Origin: a virus
Lineage: Duplodnaviria > Caudoviricetes
Reading direction: 5' to 3' (one strand)
DNA: 57,570 nt
Virus record (IMG/VR): IMGVR_UViG_3300023214_000231
Coordinates: 1-57,570 of that record
The notes beneath the pieces are model-generated. The model worked only from the letters and a program-made list of their open reading frames with translations, made no database searches and was not told the origin of the DNA. The position numbers and the translations under genes were made by a program. Positions 43,998 to 53,566 of this stretch are shown here, piece by piece. Positions within the stretch are counted from its first letter, which is position 1, and every line of letters starts with the position of its first letter.

Positions 43998-45659
43998 TTA
44001 CCGCGCGGGCAACGCGGACGGGAACACAATCTCGCTTAATCTGACCGGCTGGCCCTGCTCGACCAAGCCCATCTTCCGAAGATGGGCCAGGGCGGCGCGG
44101 ATCGTGCTGGACTTGGCGCTCTTGCCCATCTTGACCGCAAGGTCGGCGACATCAAGCCCGCCAGTGCGCAGAAGCACATTGAACGCATCGAGCGAAGAAC
44201 CCCGCAACTGGCCCCGGATCGCGTCGCGCCACTCATCCCAAGAAAGCAGGTCGGGCACGGACGGCGCGGCCTCCAGGCCGGCCTCGGTCAGCCGGGTGCC
44301 GTAGTCGGTATACTCGATCAGGCCCTCGCCCCGGAGGGCGGCCCGGGCGGCCCGAATCGTGCTCGATCGGGGGCTCATGCCGGCCAGGACCGCAAGCTGG
44401 GCGAGGCCCGGCTCTTCCACCCCGACCCGAGCCCACCACGCAAGCGCATAAAGCACGCGGTCCTGGGCCCTTCCGCTGGGGTTCTGGACCTTCAGGGACA
44501 GGTTCGGGGCGGCCGAAGGCGCTCGTGTGACCGTTCGTGCTGGCTGTTTCGCCTCCGCCTGCTCTTCTTCGGCGATCAGGCCGTGCTCGAAGTTGCTCTC
44601 GAACCGATCCCACGCCTGCTCGGCGTCCTCGCGGACAGCGTCCTCGGCGGCCCGGCGAGCCGCCGCAACGCCCTCCTTGCGGCCAGAGGCATGCGCCTCG
44701 CGTCGAGCGGCGTCGAGGTCGGCCTCCGAGGGCCCAGCGTCCTCCAGGTCATCCAGGCGAGCCCGAAGCTCGGCGATGGTCCGCTCGGCGTCCTCAAGCG
44801 TCGCGGGGGCCTCCTCGTCGAGGATCATCGCGGCGATCGCCGAGAGCGACTGAGCGCCGGTCACCGGCCCGCCCTGGTACTCGCCCTCCGGAGGTTTGGT
44901 CTGCGGAAGCTCGCCGATGAACTGGACCACACCGTCCACATCGAGCGCAGGGCCGAACGCGCTCCACTCGCCCGGCGGGACCGAGCGGAGGAAGGCGGCA
45001 AACTTCGCGGTGGTCCCTAGGTAGTCGGCGGCCCGCTTGATATCCAGGTCAAGCGTCGTCCGACCAATGAACACGTTCGCGGCCTCGGCGACCGCGTCCT
45101 TCCGGATCTTGCTTATCCGCTGGGTGACCAGGACGCCACCATACCCGCGCTTCCGGCCACGGCTCATAAGGTCGATCACATACTCGGCAGCGACATTGTC
45201 ACGCCCGCCCTCCGGACAGAACCGATGGGCCTCGTCAATAGCGACGATCGTCGGGCGCCAGAGCCGCTTCGGGGCCTGCATGATCCCTGCCAGGAAGTCG
45301 GCGACATACGCCCCGTGGTCCCGGGCGCGCATATCCGAGAGGTCGATGATCGCCGAGCACGACCTCTCGAGCAGCCCGCGGGCGACGCGGCCGCCGGTCC
45401 CGGGCTTGAGCGGCAACTCGCCGTCCGGGCCCACCAGGACCATAGACCGGATCTCTCGGATCGTCCGGTACTCGCCCTCTGGGTCGATCACAATGCAGGG
45501 GATCTGGTTGGTCGCCTTTTCGATGATCGTTCGCAGCAGGAAGCTCTTCCCACCACCAGAACTCGCCTGAATGACGGCCCGGGTCTGCGAGAGCGTCTCG
45601 GGGTTGAGCAGAACACGCTTCTCGCGCCCCTCGTCGGATATACCAAAGCTGCGGATCAT
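43998..45659 (-). CDS. HerA/DUF87-like P-loop ATPase with C-terminal HTH-like region
   Basis: ASSGGGKS, IDPEGEY, IDEAHRFCPE, RGRKRG, VTQR. Confidence 0.85.
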   Translation of the reverse strand: MIRSFGISDEGREKRVLLNPETLSQTRAVIQASSGGGKSFLLRTIIEKATNQIPCIVIDPEGEYRTIREIRSMVLVGPDGELPLKPGTGGRVARGLLERSCSAIIDLSDMRARDHGAYVADFLAGIMQAPKRLWRPTIVAIDEAHRFCPEGGRDNVAAEYVIDLMSRGRKRGYGGVLVTQRISKIRKDAVAEAANVFIGRTTLDLDIKRAADYLGTTAKFAAFLRSVPPGEWSAFGPALDVDGVVQFIGELPQTKPPEGEYQGGPVTGAQSLSAIAAMILDEEAPATLEDAERTIAELRARLDDLEDAGPSEADLDAARREAHASGRKEGVAAARRAAEDAVREDAEQAWDRFESNFEHGLIAEEEQAEAKQPARTVTRAPSAAPNLSLKVQNPSGRAQDRVLYALAWWARVGVEEPGLAQLAVLAGMSPRSSTIRAARAALRGEGLIEYTDYGTRLTEAGLEAAPSVPDLLSWDEWRDAIRGQLRGSSLDAFNVLLRTGGLDVADLAVKMGKSAKSSTIRAALAHLRKMGLVEQGQPVRLSEIVFPSALPAR

Positions 45660-45823
45660 CGGCTCAGCGCCTCCGCGACCTGGACCGAGTTGGCGGCCAG
45701 GATCGAGACCGAGATCACGACGGTGGCCCCAATCAGCAGCAACAGCGACCCGAGGATGCACCAGCCGGCAGCCTGAACTGTGCGGCGGATCTCGCGCCAG
45801 GACTCAGCAGAAATGTTAATCAC
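45656..45823 (-). CDS. Small single-TM protein
   Basis: GGAGG plus GTG start; CILGSLLLLIGATVVISVSIL. Confidence 0.55.
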   Translation of the reverse strand: MINISAESWREIRRTVQAAGWCILGSLLLLIGATVVISVSILAANSVQVAEALSR

Positions 45824-45863
45824 AGGACCTCCAGGCAGCAGGGGCCAAGCCCAGGCGGGGATA

Positions 45864-46721
45864 CTAGCGTATCCGAGAATGATTACCAGCGGCGACCCGC
45901 TCACCGGGCAGGCGGCGCTCGCCCACACAGCCCACCAGCACCGCGGATACGTATCTGACAGCGGTCTCGACTGTCCCGAAGTCCCGCCCGCGGCCGGCGG
46001 CGTCCAGCACGGCGAGCCGAAGCAGGTCCTCCGCGGAGACGAACCGGCCCTTGGCGGCCATAGCCCGGCCGAAGGCCGCCCACTCCGAAGACCGATGAAC
46101 CGCCCTCACGAGGCCCGAGAACGCCCTATGCGCCATTTTGCACCGAGCCCAGGACACCGAACGGGCAGACCGCATCCACGAGGCCAGGGCGGCCCAGGTT
46201 GGCTCAGAGAGGCATCCGGCCACCCGGGGCCGGCGATAGCGAGCGGGATCTACGGACGGACCAGGGTCCGCTAACCCTTCGTGCACAACGCTCCCCGAGG
46301 GAGAGTTATGGACTTTGGGCTGAGCTTCTCCCTTGTGCGCGGACAAATGCGCGGCCACAGCGAGCGGGCCGCCCGCCCGGAGGACGGTGAGCACGGCACG
46401 GCCTAGGTCGGTCAGGCCCCGCCAGGACGTCCGGCACCGCCTGCGGACGCGGAGGCACACCCCGGCGTCCACAAGCTCCGAGAACCGCCGGCGGACGGTG
46501 CGGTCCGACAACCCCATGCGCGCCGCCAGGGTCCGGCCCTTTGCGCAACAGACACCCCGAGCACAGGACTCCAGGCCGGCCACATGGAACAGCAACCGCA
46601 CCGCGGAGCAGGAAAGCTCGTCGGTGAGATCGGCGGCCTGCCGCAAGGTGTTGGGGTCGAAACTGGTCAGGTCGCAAGCAGGACCACTTGCAGAACACGA
46701 ACGTGACGGGCTATTATGCAT
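45864..46721 (-). CDS. HTH protein, putative replication initiator
   Basis: LSCSAVRLL..CCAKGRTLAARMGLSDRTVRRRFSELVDAG (HTH_36-like); DnaA box upstream. Confidence 0.6.
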   Translation of the reverse strand: MHNSPSRSCSASGPACDLTSFDPNTLRQAADLTDELSCSAVRLLFHVAGLESCARGVCCAKGRTLAARMGLSDRTVRRRFSELVDAGVCLRVRRRCRTSWRGLTDLGRAVLTVLRAGGPLAVAAHLSAHKGEAQPKVHNSPSGSVVHEGLADPGPSVDPARYRRPRVAGCLSEPTWAALASWMRSARSVSWARCKMAHRAFSGLVRAVHRSSEWAAFGRAMAAKGRFVSAEDLLRLAVLDAAGRGRDFGTVETAVRYVSAVLVGCVGERRLPGERVAAGNHSRIR

Positions 46722-46861
46722 TTCGACGGCCTCGGGATGGGGCTCGAACGGCACCGCAGGGCTCCGACCCTGCGGTGTTTTTTTGGCCCCGGCGAGCGAG
46801 GCGGAGACCACGTCTACCCCGGCGCAGCGAAACCGGGCAACCCCATCAGGTTGCCCACGAG

Positions 46862-46870
46862 TTATCCACA
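46862..46870 (+). promoter_or_regulatory. Perfect DnaA box
   Basis: TTATCCACA in the intergenic gap upstream of the initiator-like gene; degenerate TTGCCCACG at 46851-46859. Confidence 0.55.
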
Positions 46871-46968
46871 GGTAACTCAGAGTCCCGGGATTCGATCCGG
46901 AGGCGGGGCGACCGAGCCCTCGGGCTCAGCCAGGAACCGCTCAATCGACTCTCGCCACAGCCGGAGGC

Positions 46969-47595
46969 TCACACCTTCCGCGGGACGCGGACCGGGCGCG
47001 GCTTCCCGTCCGGATCGCTGGTCAGGTTTCGTTCGCAGAACCGGCTTCCGCTGGGAAGCCGAACCGCGGGCAACACGAGATCGCATTGGTCGTCTCCTTC
47101 CCTGCCGTGGTGATGCGCGTACCACGCCCCGAGCGAGATCGCATCCCCTTCGTCCCCGCCCCGATCTCCAGAGCGTTCGTAGGAGCTGGCGTGCTCGAGG
47201 GCGGCCAGACGCCGGCCCTTCCGCTGCCCGAAAGCCCCGCCCATGCGGGTCCAGTGATCCGAGGCGACGGCGACCACGAGGTCGCAGTGCTCGTAGGCGA
47301 CACCCAGGACGATCCCGACCGCCGCGGCGTAGGTGCCCGCGGTGCTGTACTTGCTCCGCATCCTGCCGGCCTGCTTCACGCCGGGGACCTCAACCACGAC
47401 ACGATCAAACTCGCCATCTAGGCTAAGCACCAAGTCTCGGACCTCGACCTGAAGGCACCGCAGGCGGAGGTAGGCCGGCCAGCGATCCGGCCTCGAAAGC
47501 ACCCCAGACCTGACTGGCTCAAATCCCAGGCCCTCCCGGCACAAGGCCCACCCGGTCTTGGTCGAACTCGGGTCCAGCGCCAGAACTCGGAGCAT
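46969..47595 (-). CDS. RuvC-like Holliday junction resolvase
   Basis: RVLALDPSSTKTGWA, VVVE, DEGDAI acidic triad pattern. Confidence 0.8.
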   Translation of the reverse strand: MLRVLALDPSSTKTGWALCREGLGFEPVRSGVLSRPDRWPAYLRLRCLQVEVRDLVLSLDGEFDRVVVEVPGVKQAGRMRSKYSTAGTYAAAVGIVLGVAYEHCDLVVAVASDHWTRMGGAFGQRKGRRLAALEHASSYERSGDRGGDEGDAISLGAWYAHHHGREGDDQCDLVLPAVRLPSGSRFCERNLTSDPDGKPRPVRVPRKV

Positions 47596-47801
47596 CAATC
47601 CTCCTTCTGAAGATGGCCCACGGCCGCACAAGCGGCGTCCTCGTAGCCCCTACCAAACCGGAGGCCGAGGTTTTCGCGGAGGCGCCGAGGGAGCCGCTTC
47701 CAACAGGCGGAGCAAACACAGACGCGTGCGCGCTTAATGCCACCGCACCCGGGGCAGTCCCGAGAGACGAAGGAGCGCAGGATGTCGTTCGACGATGCCA
47801 T
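47595..47801 (-). CDS. Small Zn-finger protein
   Basis: CPGCG...CSACWKRLP; GGAG RBS. Confidence 0.65.
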   Translation of the reverse strand: MASSNDILRSFVSRDCPGCGGIKRARVCVCSACWKRLPRRLRENLGLRFGRGYEDAACAAVGHLQKED

Positions 47802-47854
47802 TGGGGTCTCCGGCCACGCGAGCATCGTATCCGAGGCCAACCATAAACACAACA

Positions 47855-48733
47855 TCAACCCGCAGGGACGTCCCGAACACGGAGGTCGTGCGGCCACCGA
47901 GACCAGTCGCCGTTGTGCCCGTCGGGAGACGCCACGCCGCCGACCGTCAAGCCGACGGGGCGAGCGCCAAGCTGCTTCACGAACGCCGGGATGCCCCGCT
48001 CGTCACAGGCCGCGATACCACGCCGGATAATCTGCGGATCCATGGGGCGAGCGCCATCGCCCGACTCGCCGCCGAATATGGCCCACCCGACCGGCCGATG
48101 GACCTCAGCGCCCTCGGGGCCTTCGGCCAACGGGCCCAGGCAGTAGTCCCAATCCGGCTCGTCGATCAGCGGCTCGAAGCTGATACCGCGGACCACCAAC
48201 GGAGGTCCCACTGACTTCAACTCAGAGGCACGACGCATAGACGCGCGTCCGGTCACGCTCGTCATCGGCCACAGGTTCGCCGGCCACACCCGGCCCCGCT
48301 CCTGGAGCCACTCGTCGAACTCCCGCATCCGCCTGGGCCGCTTCGTGAGCCAGAGCCACCGGTGGGACCGGCCCTTGAGCGAGGTCGCCGCCATGACGAT
48401 CTCATCGAACAAAAACTGGAAGCCGATCGATTCGCTCAGGGCGTCGCCCATGTCGGAGACAAAGATCAGGCGCGGACGCCCATTGAGCCAGGGCTTGCCG
48501 GGGCGATCATCGAACCGCCCGAGGGGCTTCCAGGCCGCGGCCTTCGCCATCCGGCCGGGGAACATCTGGGGGACGTTGAAGTCGTCGGCGTAACCGCGGT
48601 TGCGTCCGTACCGCCCATGGAGCACGCCGGCGTAGCACGAGCGGCGAGACTTGCTCCATAGCTCGCAGCCCGAGCAGCCCATGACCGGGTTGACGGTCGA
48701 GTCACACCACTGGATGGCGGTGTCCTTACCCAT
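47855..48733 (-). CDS. Phage Gp37/Gp68 (DUF5131) family protein
   Basis: TAIQWCDSTVNPVMGC, CYA, IFVSDMGD, LTKRP, SFEPL, GGESG, FVKQLG. Confidence 0.9.
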   Translation of the reverse strand: MGKDTAIQWCDSTVNPVMGCSGCELWSKSRRSCYAGVLHGRYGRNRGYADDFNVPQMFPGRMAKAAAWKPLGRFDDRPGKPWLNGRPRLIFVSDMGDALSESIGFQFLFDEIVMAATSLKGRSHRWLWLTKRPRRMREFDEWLQERGRVWPANLWPMTSVTGRASMRRASELKSVGPPLVVRGISFEPLIDEPDWDYCLGPLAEGPEGAEVHRPVGWAIFGGESGDGARPMDPQIIRRGIAACDERGIPAFVKQLGARPVGLTVGGVASPDGHNGDWSRWPHDLRVRDVPAG

Positions 48734-48787
48734 AGCTCCGGTTCCGTTGTTGCTCGGGCGTCACGACGTCCGCAGGAATGATCATCG

Positions 48788-49437
48788 TTAGAGCACCCTG
48801 CCGTCGTCCGCGCCTATGAACGTCGTATTGAGGAACCCCTTGCCGGTCATCTTCATCGCCTTCGCCCCGTGATACGCGAGGTTTGCGGACGGCCCGGCCT
48901 CGGAGGCGTCCGGCTTGATGAACGCCCGGATCCTCGCCTCCACGGCTTCGATGGGCTCGAGCGCCTCGTGAAGAAACCGCGGCGCGGAGCAGCGGATCTC
49001 GTCGCACAGGTCCGGACCAACCGGCGCTCCACAGTCAGTGTGACGTTCGCGTTGTAGCCCCGCGGACACCGCATCCCATCGACGTGCCCGTACAGCCGGC
49101 AGGTCGTCGGGCGAGCCTCATGGACGGCGCAGCGACCGCCCTGAAACCACGGGCAGGTGACGCCCTGGTCCACGGGCTCCACGCCATGCTCGGCCGCGTA
49201 GGCAAGCACCGCGTCGTACTCCGGCTGCGAGCACACGACCGGGCCGCAACACTCGCCGCAGCCGTCATCGCAGCGCATCGATGGCAACAGACGATCAACA
49301 GACTTCGGATCCATAAAGGCCGAACCGCGCGGAACAGCACGGAACGGCCGTTGCCGCAACGCGAGGCACACCGTGCGCCACGCGAGACGGACAAATAGCC
49401 CCGCGCCCGGTTGCCCGAGCGCGGAGCCGGCGCTCAC
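48788..49437 (-). CDS. CxxCxxCC (YkgJ-like) protein, probably frameshifted near 49000-49040
   Basis: CDDGCGECCGP, CPWF..RCAVHEARPTTCRLYG; the protein-like C-terminus continues in the frame of ORF 48788-49069. Confidence 0.55.
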
Positions 49438-50873
49438 CCCTTCAACCCGGTGCTCGAAGGGGCGGGATTACCGTCCGAGGCATGCCCCACTACAGCCGGT
49501 TCCTCTGCGGCTGCGGGCTCGGACCGGTTGTCGTCGGTCTGCCCGGAGGTGCGACCCTCGAGCGGCAGGTCCTGCTGTCCCCTAGGAGTAGCCGCATCGC
49601 TCGCGGGCTCCGGTTCGGAGGCCAACGGAGCCGGCCCGGTTCCCGGTGCATGGTTGCCGAGGGCCGCGTTGATTTGGGCGTCCATCTCGGCGTCCGCCTT
49701 CGCCTCTGCCGGCGTCTCGGCCGGCTCAGGATCTGGGGCGGGGGCGGGGTGCAACTCGGCCCGAACGGCCTTCGCACGCTCAATCACCTGCTTCATCTTG
49801 TCGCGATCCTCACGGATGATGTCGGTGGCCTCGCGGACGTGCGGCATGTAGTCCTTGAGCAGAGGCAGCGGGAACCGCTTGATCTCCTCCCAGGACAGCG
49901 TCCCGAACATCGCGTCGAACAGATCCAGCTTCGCAGTCCGGTCCTTGCCGGTGGTGCCCGGCAGAGCACGAGCGAAAGCAAGCTCTATGTTCTCAAGCAC
50001 AATCGCTTTCTCAACCTTCCAGCGAGCCCGGCCATCATCAGAGAGATCAGCCACGCCGGGGTCGGTGTCAATCGGCGGGGCCTCACGAGGGCGCAGGCGG
50101 CTCACGACCGGCTGGAAGAAATCGAATGCAGGATTGAACTCGCGCTTGCCCATGAGAAGGTCCCACCGGTCCTTCACACAGGTCGCCATAGAGACGGAGC
50201 CGGCGTCGGGCTTGCACCGCCCGGCCTCGACCGCCTTCTTGAACAGCGGGTGTTCGTCCTGGATCAACTCCATCTCGATGGCGAGATCGGACTCGTAACC
50301 GAACTCGCCCTCGGCCTTCGCCTTCGTCCCGACCTTCTGAAGCTGCGATTGGCCGTGATCGTTCTCGACCATGTCCCAGTCGTAGCCGAGCCGGCCGCAG
50401 ACGATCACATGCATCTGGGCCTCGACAAACCACCGCGCGAATGGGGACCAGAGATCCTTGATCTTGCCGATATCGTCGATGCTGAGATGCACGGTCTCGG
50501 GCGTCCGGCCCAGGCGCTGGGCAAGCCCGGCCTTATAGCTCTCCTGGATGCCCTGCCAAATATGCGTGACCGAGTCGATCAGCATTACCTCGACGCCGGC
50601 CTGCTCGGCCTCGCGCACCGCCGCCATCAGGTCGGCGATGCGACGGCTGGCAACAGCGAGCGGAGCCTGCCCGGTGATCTCCTGCATCCGAGCGCGATGA
50701 AAACGGAGCCCGCCTTCGGTATCGAAGCACAGGATCGGCTGCTCGCACTTGAATTGACGATGAACACCGCACGCGAGCGTCACAGCGGTGTACGTTTTGC
50801 CGGAGCCTTGCTTGCCCTGGAAGATGACCTTCATATGGCCGACGCCGTCAGACATAGGTTGAATGATTCCCAC
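49434..50873 (-). CDS. AAA_24-like ATPase (Sak4-type recombination candidate)
   Basis: GKQGSGKT, FDTEGG, LIDSVTHIW, GEFGYESD, KDRW. Confidence 0.8.
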   Translation of the reverse strand: MGIIQPMSDGVGHMKVIFQGKQGSGKTYTAVTLACGVHRQFKCEQPILCFDTEGGLRFHRARMQEITGQAPLAVASRRIADLMAAVREAEQAGVEVMLIDSVTHIWQGIQESYKAGLAQRLGRTPETVHLSIDDIGKIKDLWSPFARWFVEAQMHVIVCGRLGYDWDMVENDHGQSQLQKVGTKAKAEGEFGYESDLAIEMELIQDEHPLFKKAVEAGRCKPDAGSVSMATCVKDRWDLLMGKREFNPAFDFFQPVVSRLRPREAPPIDTDPGVADLSDDGRARWKVEKAIVLENIELAFARALPGTTGKDRTAKLDLFDAMFGTLSWEEIKRFPLPLLKDYMPHVREATDIIREDRDKMKQVIERAKAVRAELHPAPAPDPEPAETPAEAKADAEMDAQINAALGNHAPGTGPAPLASEPEPASDAATPRGQQDLPLEGRTSGQTDDNRSEPAAAEEPAVVGHASDGNPAPSSTGLKG

Positions 50874-50938
50874 GAGAACCTCCGAATTCGGGTTCGACGA
50901 GCGGCCCCAGCGCCGACCGGGGCGAACGCGCTCACACG

Positions 50939-50967
50939 ACGGTACCCTCGTATCCGATAGGTTGCCA
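50939..50967 (-). promoter_or_regulatory. Sigma70-like promoter upstream of the AAA ATPase operon
   Basis: TGGCAA-N17-TACCGT; spacer similar to that of the tRNA promoter. Confidence 0.45.
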
Positions 50968-50996
50968 GGAACACAGCCGCTATTTCCCCGAAAAAA

Positions 50997-51251
50997 TCAG
51001 TACGGCAGCGACCACTGCGGATCCACGACCACCTTGAGCCCGACCGCGGCGAACATCTCCGCCAGGTTCGCGGACGTGGTGTCGGCATTGCCACCCAGGA
51101 ACCGATAAACGACGGCCTCGCTCGATCCGGCCCGGCGGGAGAGCCAGTACGGAGTCTTGCCCAACTGCTCGAGCCGAGCGAGAATGATCTCGCGGGCCGA
51201 CCACCGGCGGAGGTCAAAGGGGTCTTTTCGGCTGGCGAACGACTTCGGCAA
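50997..51251 (-). CDS. Cro/XRE-like HTH regulator
   Basis: GKTPYWLSRRAGSSEAVVYRFLGG..TTSANL..F.AVGLKV. Confidence 0.75.
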   Translation of the reverse strand: MPKSFASRKDPFDLRRWSAREIILARLEQLGKTPYWLSRRAGSSEAVVYRFLGGNADTTSANLAEMFAAVGLKVVVDPQWSLPY

Positions 51252-51302
51252 GGCGGGGCTCCCGGATCCGAGGATAGCACCGCCGAGCCGCGACTGCCAG
51301 AG

Positions 51303-52190
51303 CTACGAAAGCTCGACGGTCGCAGCCGAGGTCCACCGCTCTAGGCATCGCCGCCAAGCCTGATCCTTGACCGTCGCCAACTGCTCCAGCGCGGCCGACC
51401 GCCGATCGGCGATATCGGCGTCCGTAAGCTTCATCCAGGCGGCGACCGCCGGGACCAAGAGCGAGCGGATTGGGCGGTGCTGGTAGCCGCTCGCATAGGC
51501 ATGCTCTCCGAGAAACATCGCGGCCTCGGTCAACCACTCGCCCCCGGGAGCAGACGCGACGCCCAAAGCGACCTCCCCATCCGCATACAGAGGCCCAGAG
51601 CACATCGCCTCGACCTCCTGGAGGATCGCCTCGCAATGCTCCACGGCGGCAATCGGGTGCAGGACGATCAGCCGGAAGCCGCCAAGCATGAACCCGGAGA
51701 GCGACGCAATCGCCTGCTGGAGCATGCCCCAGCGGATGCAGCCCGGAGCCAAGGCGTTCATTACAGAGCCGGTCGGCGAGACGACGTTGAGCGAGAGCAC
51801 ACCCATGTTGTCCGGGGTCCCGACCGCCTCGAAGCCCGCGAGCGCCGCGCCAGCAAACACAACCGCGCGGCCGTCGGCCACAACGGATCCAGCGAACGCG
51901 GACGGAGAAGCCTCGCCAGTCAAGCAAGCCTGGGGGCGGAGGGACTCCGGAAACCGAGAACCATCGGGCAATGGAAACAGGGAAGCGAAACTCGTCAGCA
52001 GGTGCGAGTACGGGTTGCCGAGAGCAACGAACCGCGGACAGGTCTCGACAGGGTTCGCCAGGGAAACCACCACCGGCTCATTCAAGTACGCGACCCGCTC
52101 ACCGTGAAGATCCTTGCGGTGCCCAGAGAGCAGCCTAGCGGCGACCTGCGGAGCGGCGTCGGCAATGTTTCTGGCAGCGATCTCGATCAT
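51303..52190 (-). CDS. Degenerate thymidylate synthase / dUMP-hydroxymethylase-like protein
   Basis: N-terminal IAARNI..EPVVVSLANPVE..NPYSHL and C-terminal AW..A..W..C.ERW resemble phage TS-family enzymes; catalytic motifs not found. Confidence 0.5.
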   Translation of the reverse strand: MIEIAARNIADAAPQVAARLLSGHRKDLHGERVAYLNEPVVVSLANPVETCPRFVALGNPYSHLLTSFASLFPLPDGSRFPESLRPQACLTGEASPSAFAGSVVADGRAVVFAGAALAGFEAVGTPDNMGVLSLNVVSPTGSVMNALAPGCIRWGMLQQAIASLSGFMLGGFRLIVLHPIAAVEHCEAILQEVEAMCSGPLYADGEVALGVASAPGGEWLTEAAMFLGEHAYASGYQHRPIRSLLVPAVAAWMKLTDADIADRRSAALEQLATVKDQAWRRCLERWTSAATVELS

Positions 52191-52489
52191 TGGGGACCCC
52201 TCTTCAACGGAACGGGCCGCGCACGAACGCACCTGGTCCTCGATCTACTCGGGGCGACCGGACGATGGAGCCAGTCGCCATCAACACACTCGACGGGAAT
52301 CCCGCACGAGACACAGGTGGAAGACGATGTATGCAACGCAACGCGAGCCGACTCAAGCTCTTGGATGACCAAGTCGATAAACGCGTCTCGCCGATCAGCG
52401 CTGGAGAAGCCTTGGCACTCCAGGATCACATCCTCGGCAGCCGAGAGCGCATCCGACACGACGAACCGGCCATCTCTAGCTGCGCCCAT
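52187..52489 (-). CDS. Hypothetical protein with C-terminal Cys/His motif
   Basis: CVSCG..WLH..C; overlaps its neighbours. Confidence 0.55.
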   Translation of the reverse strand: MGAARDGRFVVSDALSAAEDVILECQGFSSADRRDAFIDLVIQELESARVALHTSSSTCVSCGIPVECVDGDWLHRPVAPSRSRTRCVRARPVPLKRGPQ

Positions 52490-52850
52490 AGGGACCCCCA
52501 ACCAGCCATCGCTCTGGATCATCGCCAACAGCCTCTTCGAGCCCCAGGTTGACGGCGTCGAGCACGCCAGACTCGCTCTCTAGCAGCGTATATCGCCCGA
52601 GATCCTCGGCGAGCCACTCCTCAACCCAGGCGAGCAATTCGGTCCAATCGTCGGTGGCAACCACATCCAGATCGCTTGACGGCGGGATTCCCGATCCGTC
52701 CGGCAGGTACCGGGCCCCAGGATCGACGGAATAAACGCCCTCGAACTCGACGTCGAGGCGGACCGTCTCGAGGAACCGCTCGCCCCAGCGGTTGTCCCAG
52801 ACCTCGACCACGACGTCCACGGCGACCTCGCCGGCGACGGCACCCCTCAC
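52476..52850 (-). CDS. Acidic hypothetical protein
   Basis: GTGA-coupled; DPGARYLPDGSGIPPS. Confidence 0.6.
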   Translation of the reverse strand: MRGAVAGEVAVDVVVEVWDNRWGERFLETVRLDVEFEGVYSVDPGARYLPDGSGIPPSSDLDVVATDDWTELLAWVEEWLAEDLGRYTLLESESGVLDAVNLGLEEAVGDDPERWLVGGPYGRS

Positions 52851-53269
52851 GGGAGGAACCGCTCTAGCTCGCGGACAAGGCCGCCAACCTCGCTATGGGT
52901 GCAGGCCGGCATCGCGCCGAGGTCGTCGCCGTAGTGGACATACCGCTCGCTGCCGCGGGCGCCGACCAACGCGCCAAGGGCGGCGAGGGCACACTCGACC
53001 ACGTCGGTGTTCTTGTACTGGCTCATCCAGGCCCAGATATCAGCGGGGACATCTTCTCGGTCCGCTGTCTCCCACTGCCAGGCAAAGCGGAACGCGAAGG
53101 CGGGGCCCTCGTCGTTGAGCACCCACGCCAGACGGCCGAGAACGGCCGCGCGGCTGAACAAGAAGGCACGCTTTCCTAGATCGCCATTCGCCAATGCGTC
53201 CTTCGCAGACTTCTCGACAAGGGCCCCTAGAGTCCGGACGGCTTCCGCTGTGGTCATTGAGTTGCACAT
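52847..53269 (-). CDS. Hypothetical protein
   Basis: GGAGG RBS before MCNSMTT. Confidence 0.6.
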   Translation of the reverse strand: MCNSMTTAEAVRTLGALVEKSAKDALANGDLGKRAFLFSRAAVLGRLAWVLNDEGPAFAFRFAWQWETADREDVPADIWAWMSQYKNTDVVECALAALGALVGARGSERYVHYGDDLGAMPACTHSEVGGLVRELERFLP

Positions 53270-53374
53270 AGTCGTGTCCTCCACCAGTAATGTCGGATAC
53301 AGCCGAGGCCGATGCCAGTCACAGGGAACAAATCTGCGACGCCCCAGGCGTCACAGCCCAAACACGGATCGCAA

Positions 53375-53563
53375 TCACTTTTCACTCACCCACCAAAGCA
53401 ACCAGAACATATTGCGAGTATCGAACCGCACAGCCAGGCGACCCTGAAGAACCAGACGGCGCACCTGGGTCAGCGGCACGCCATGCAGACGGCTGTATCT
53501 GCCGATGGGCATATAAGACTGGCTCAAACAAACCTCCCACGCGCAGGGCCATCCCACGGACAC
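53375..53563 (-). CDS. Small excisionase-like HTH protein, start uncertain
   Basis: YMPIGRYSRLHGVPLTQVRRLVLQGRL. Confidence 0.4.
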   Translation of the reverse strand: MSVGWPCAWEVCLSQSYMPIGRYSRLHGVPLTQVRRLVLQGRLAVRFDTRNMFWLLWWVSEK

Positions 53564-53566
53564 AGA

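Noticed and set aside
43998-45659. HerA-based anti-phage defence system
   Set aside because: No adjacent Sir2/NurA/nuclease partner; sits in the phage replication region where such ATPases are common
53375-53563. Evidence for integration (excisionase)
   Set aside because: Only a weak HTH resemblance; no integrase or att site found
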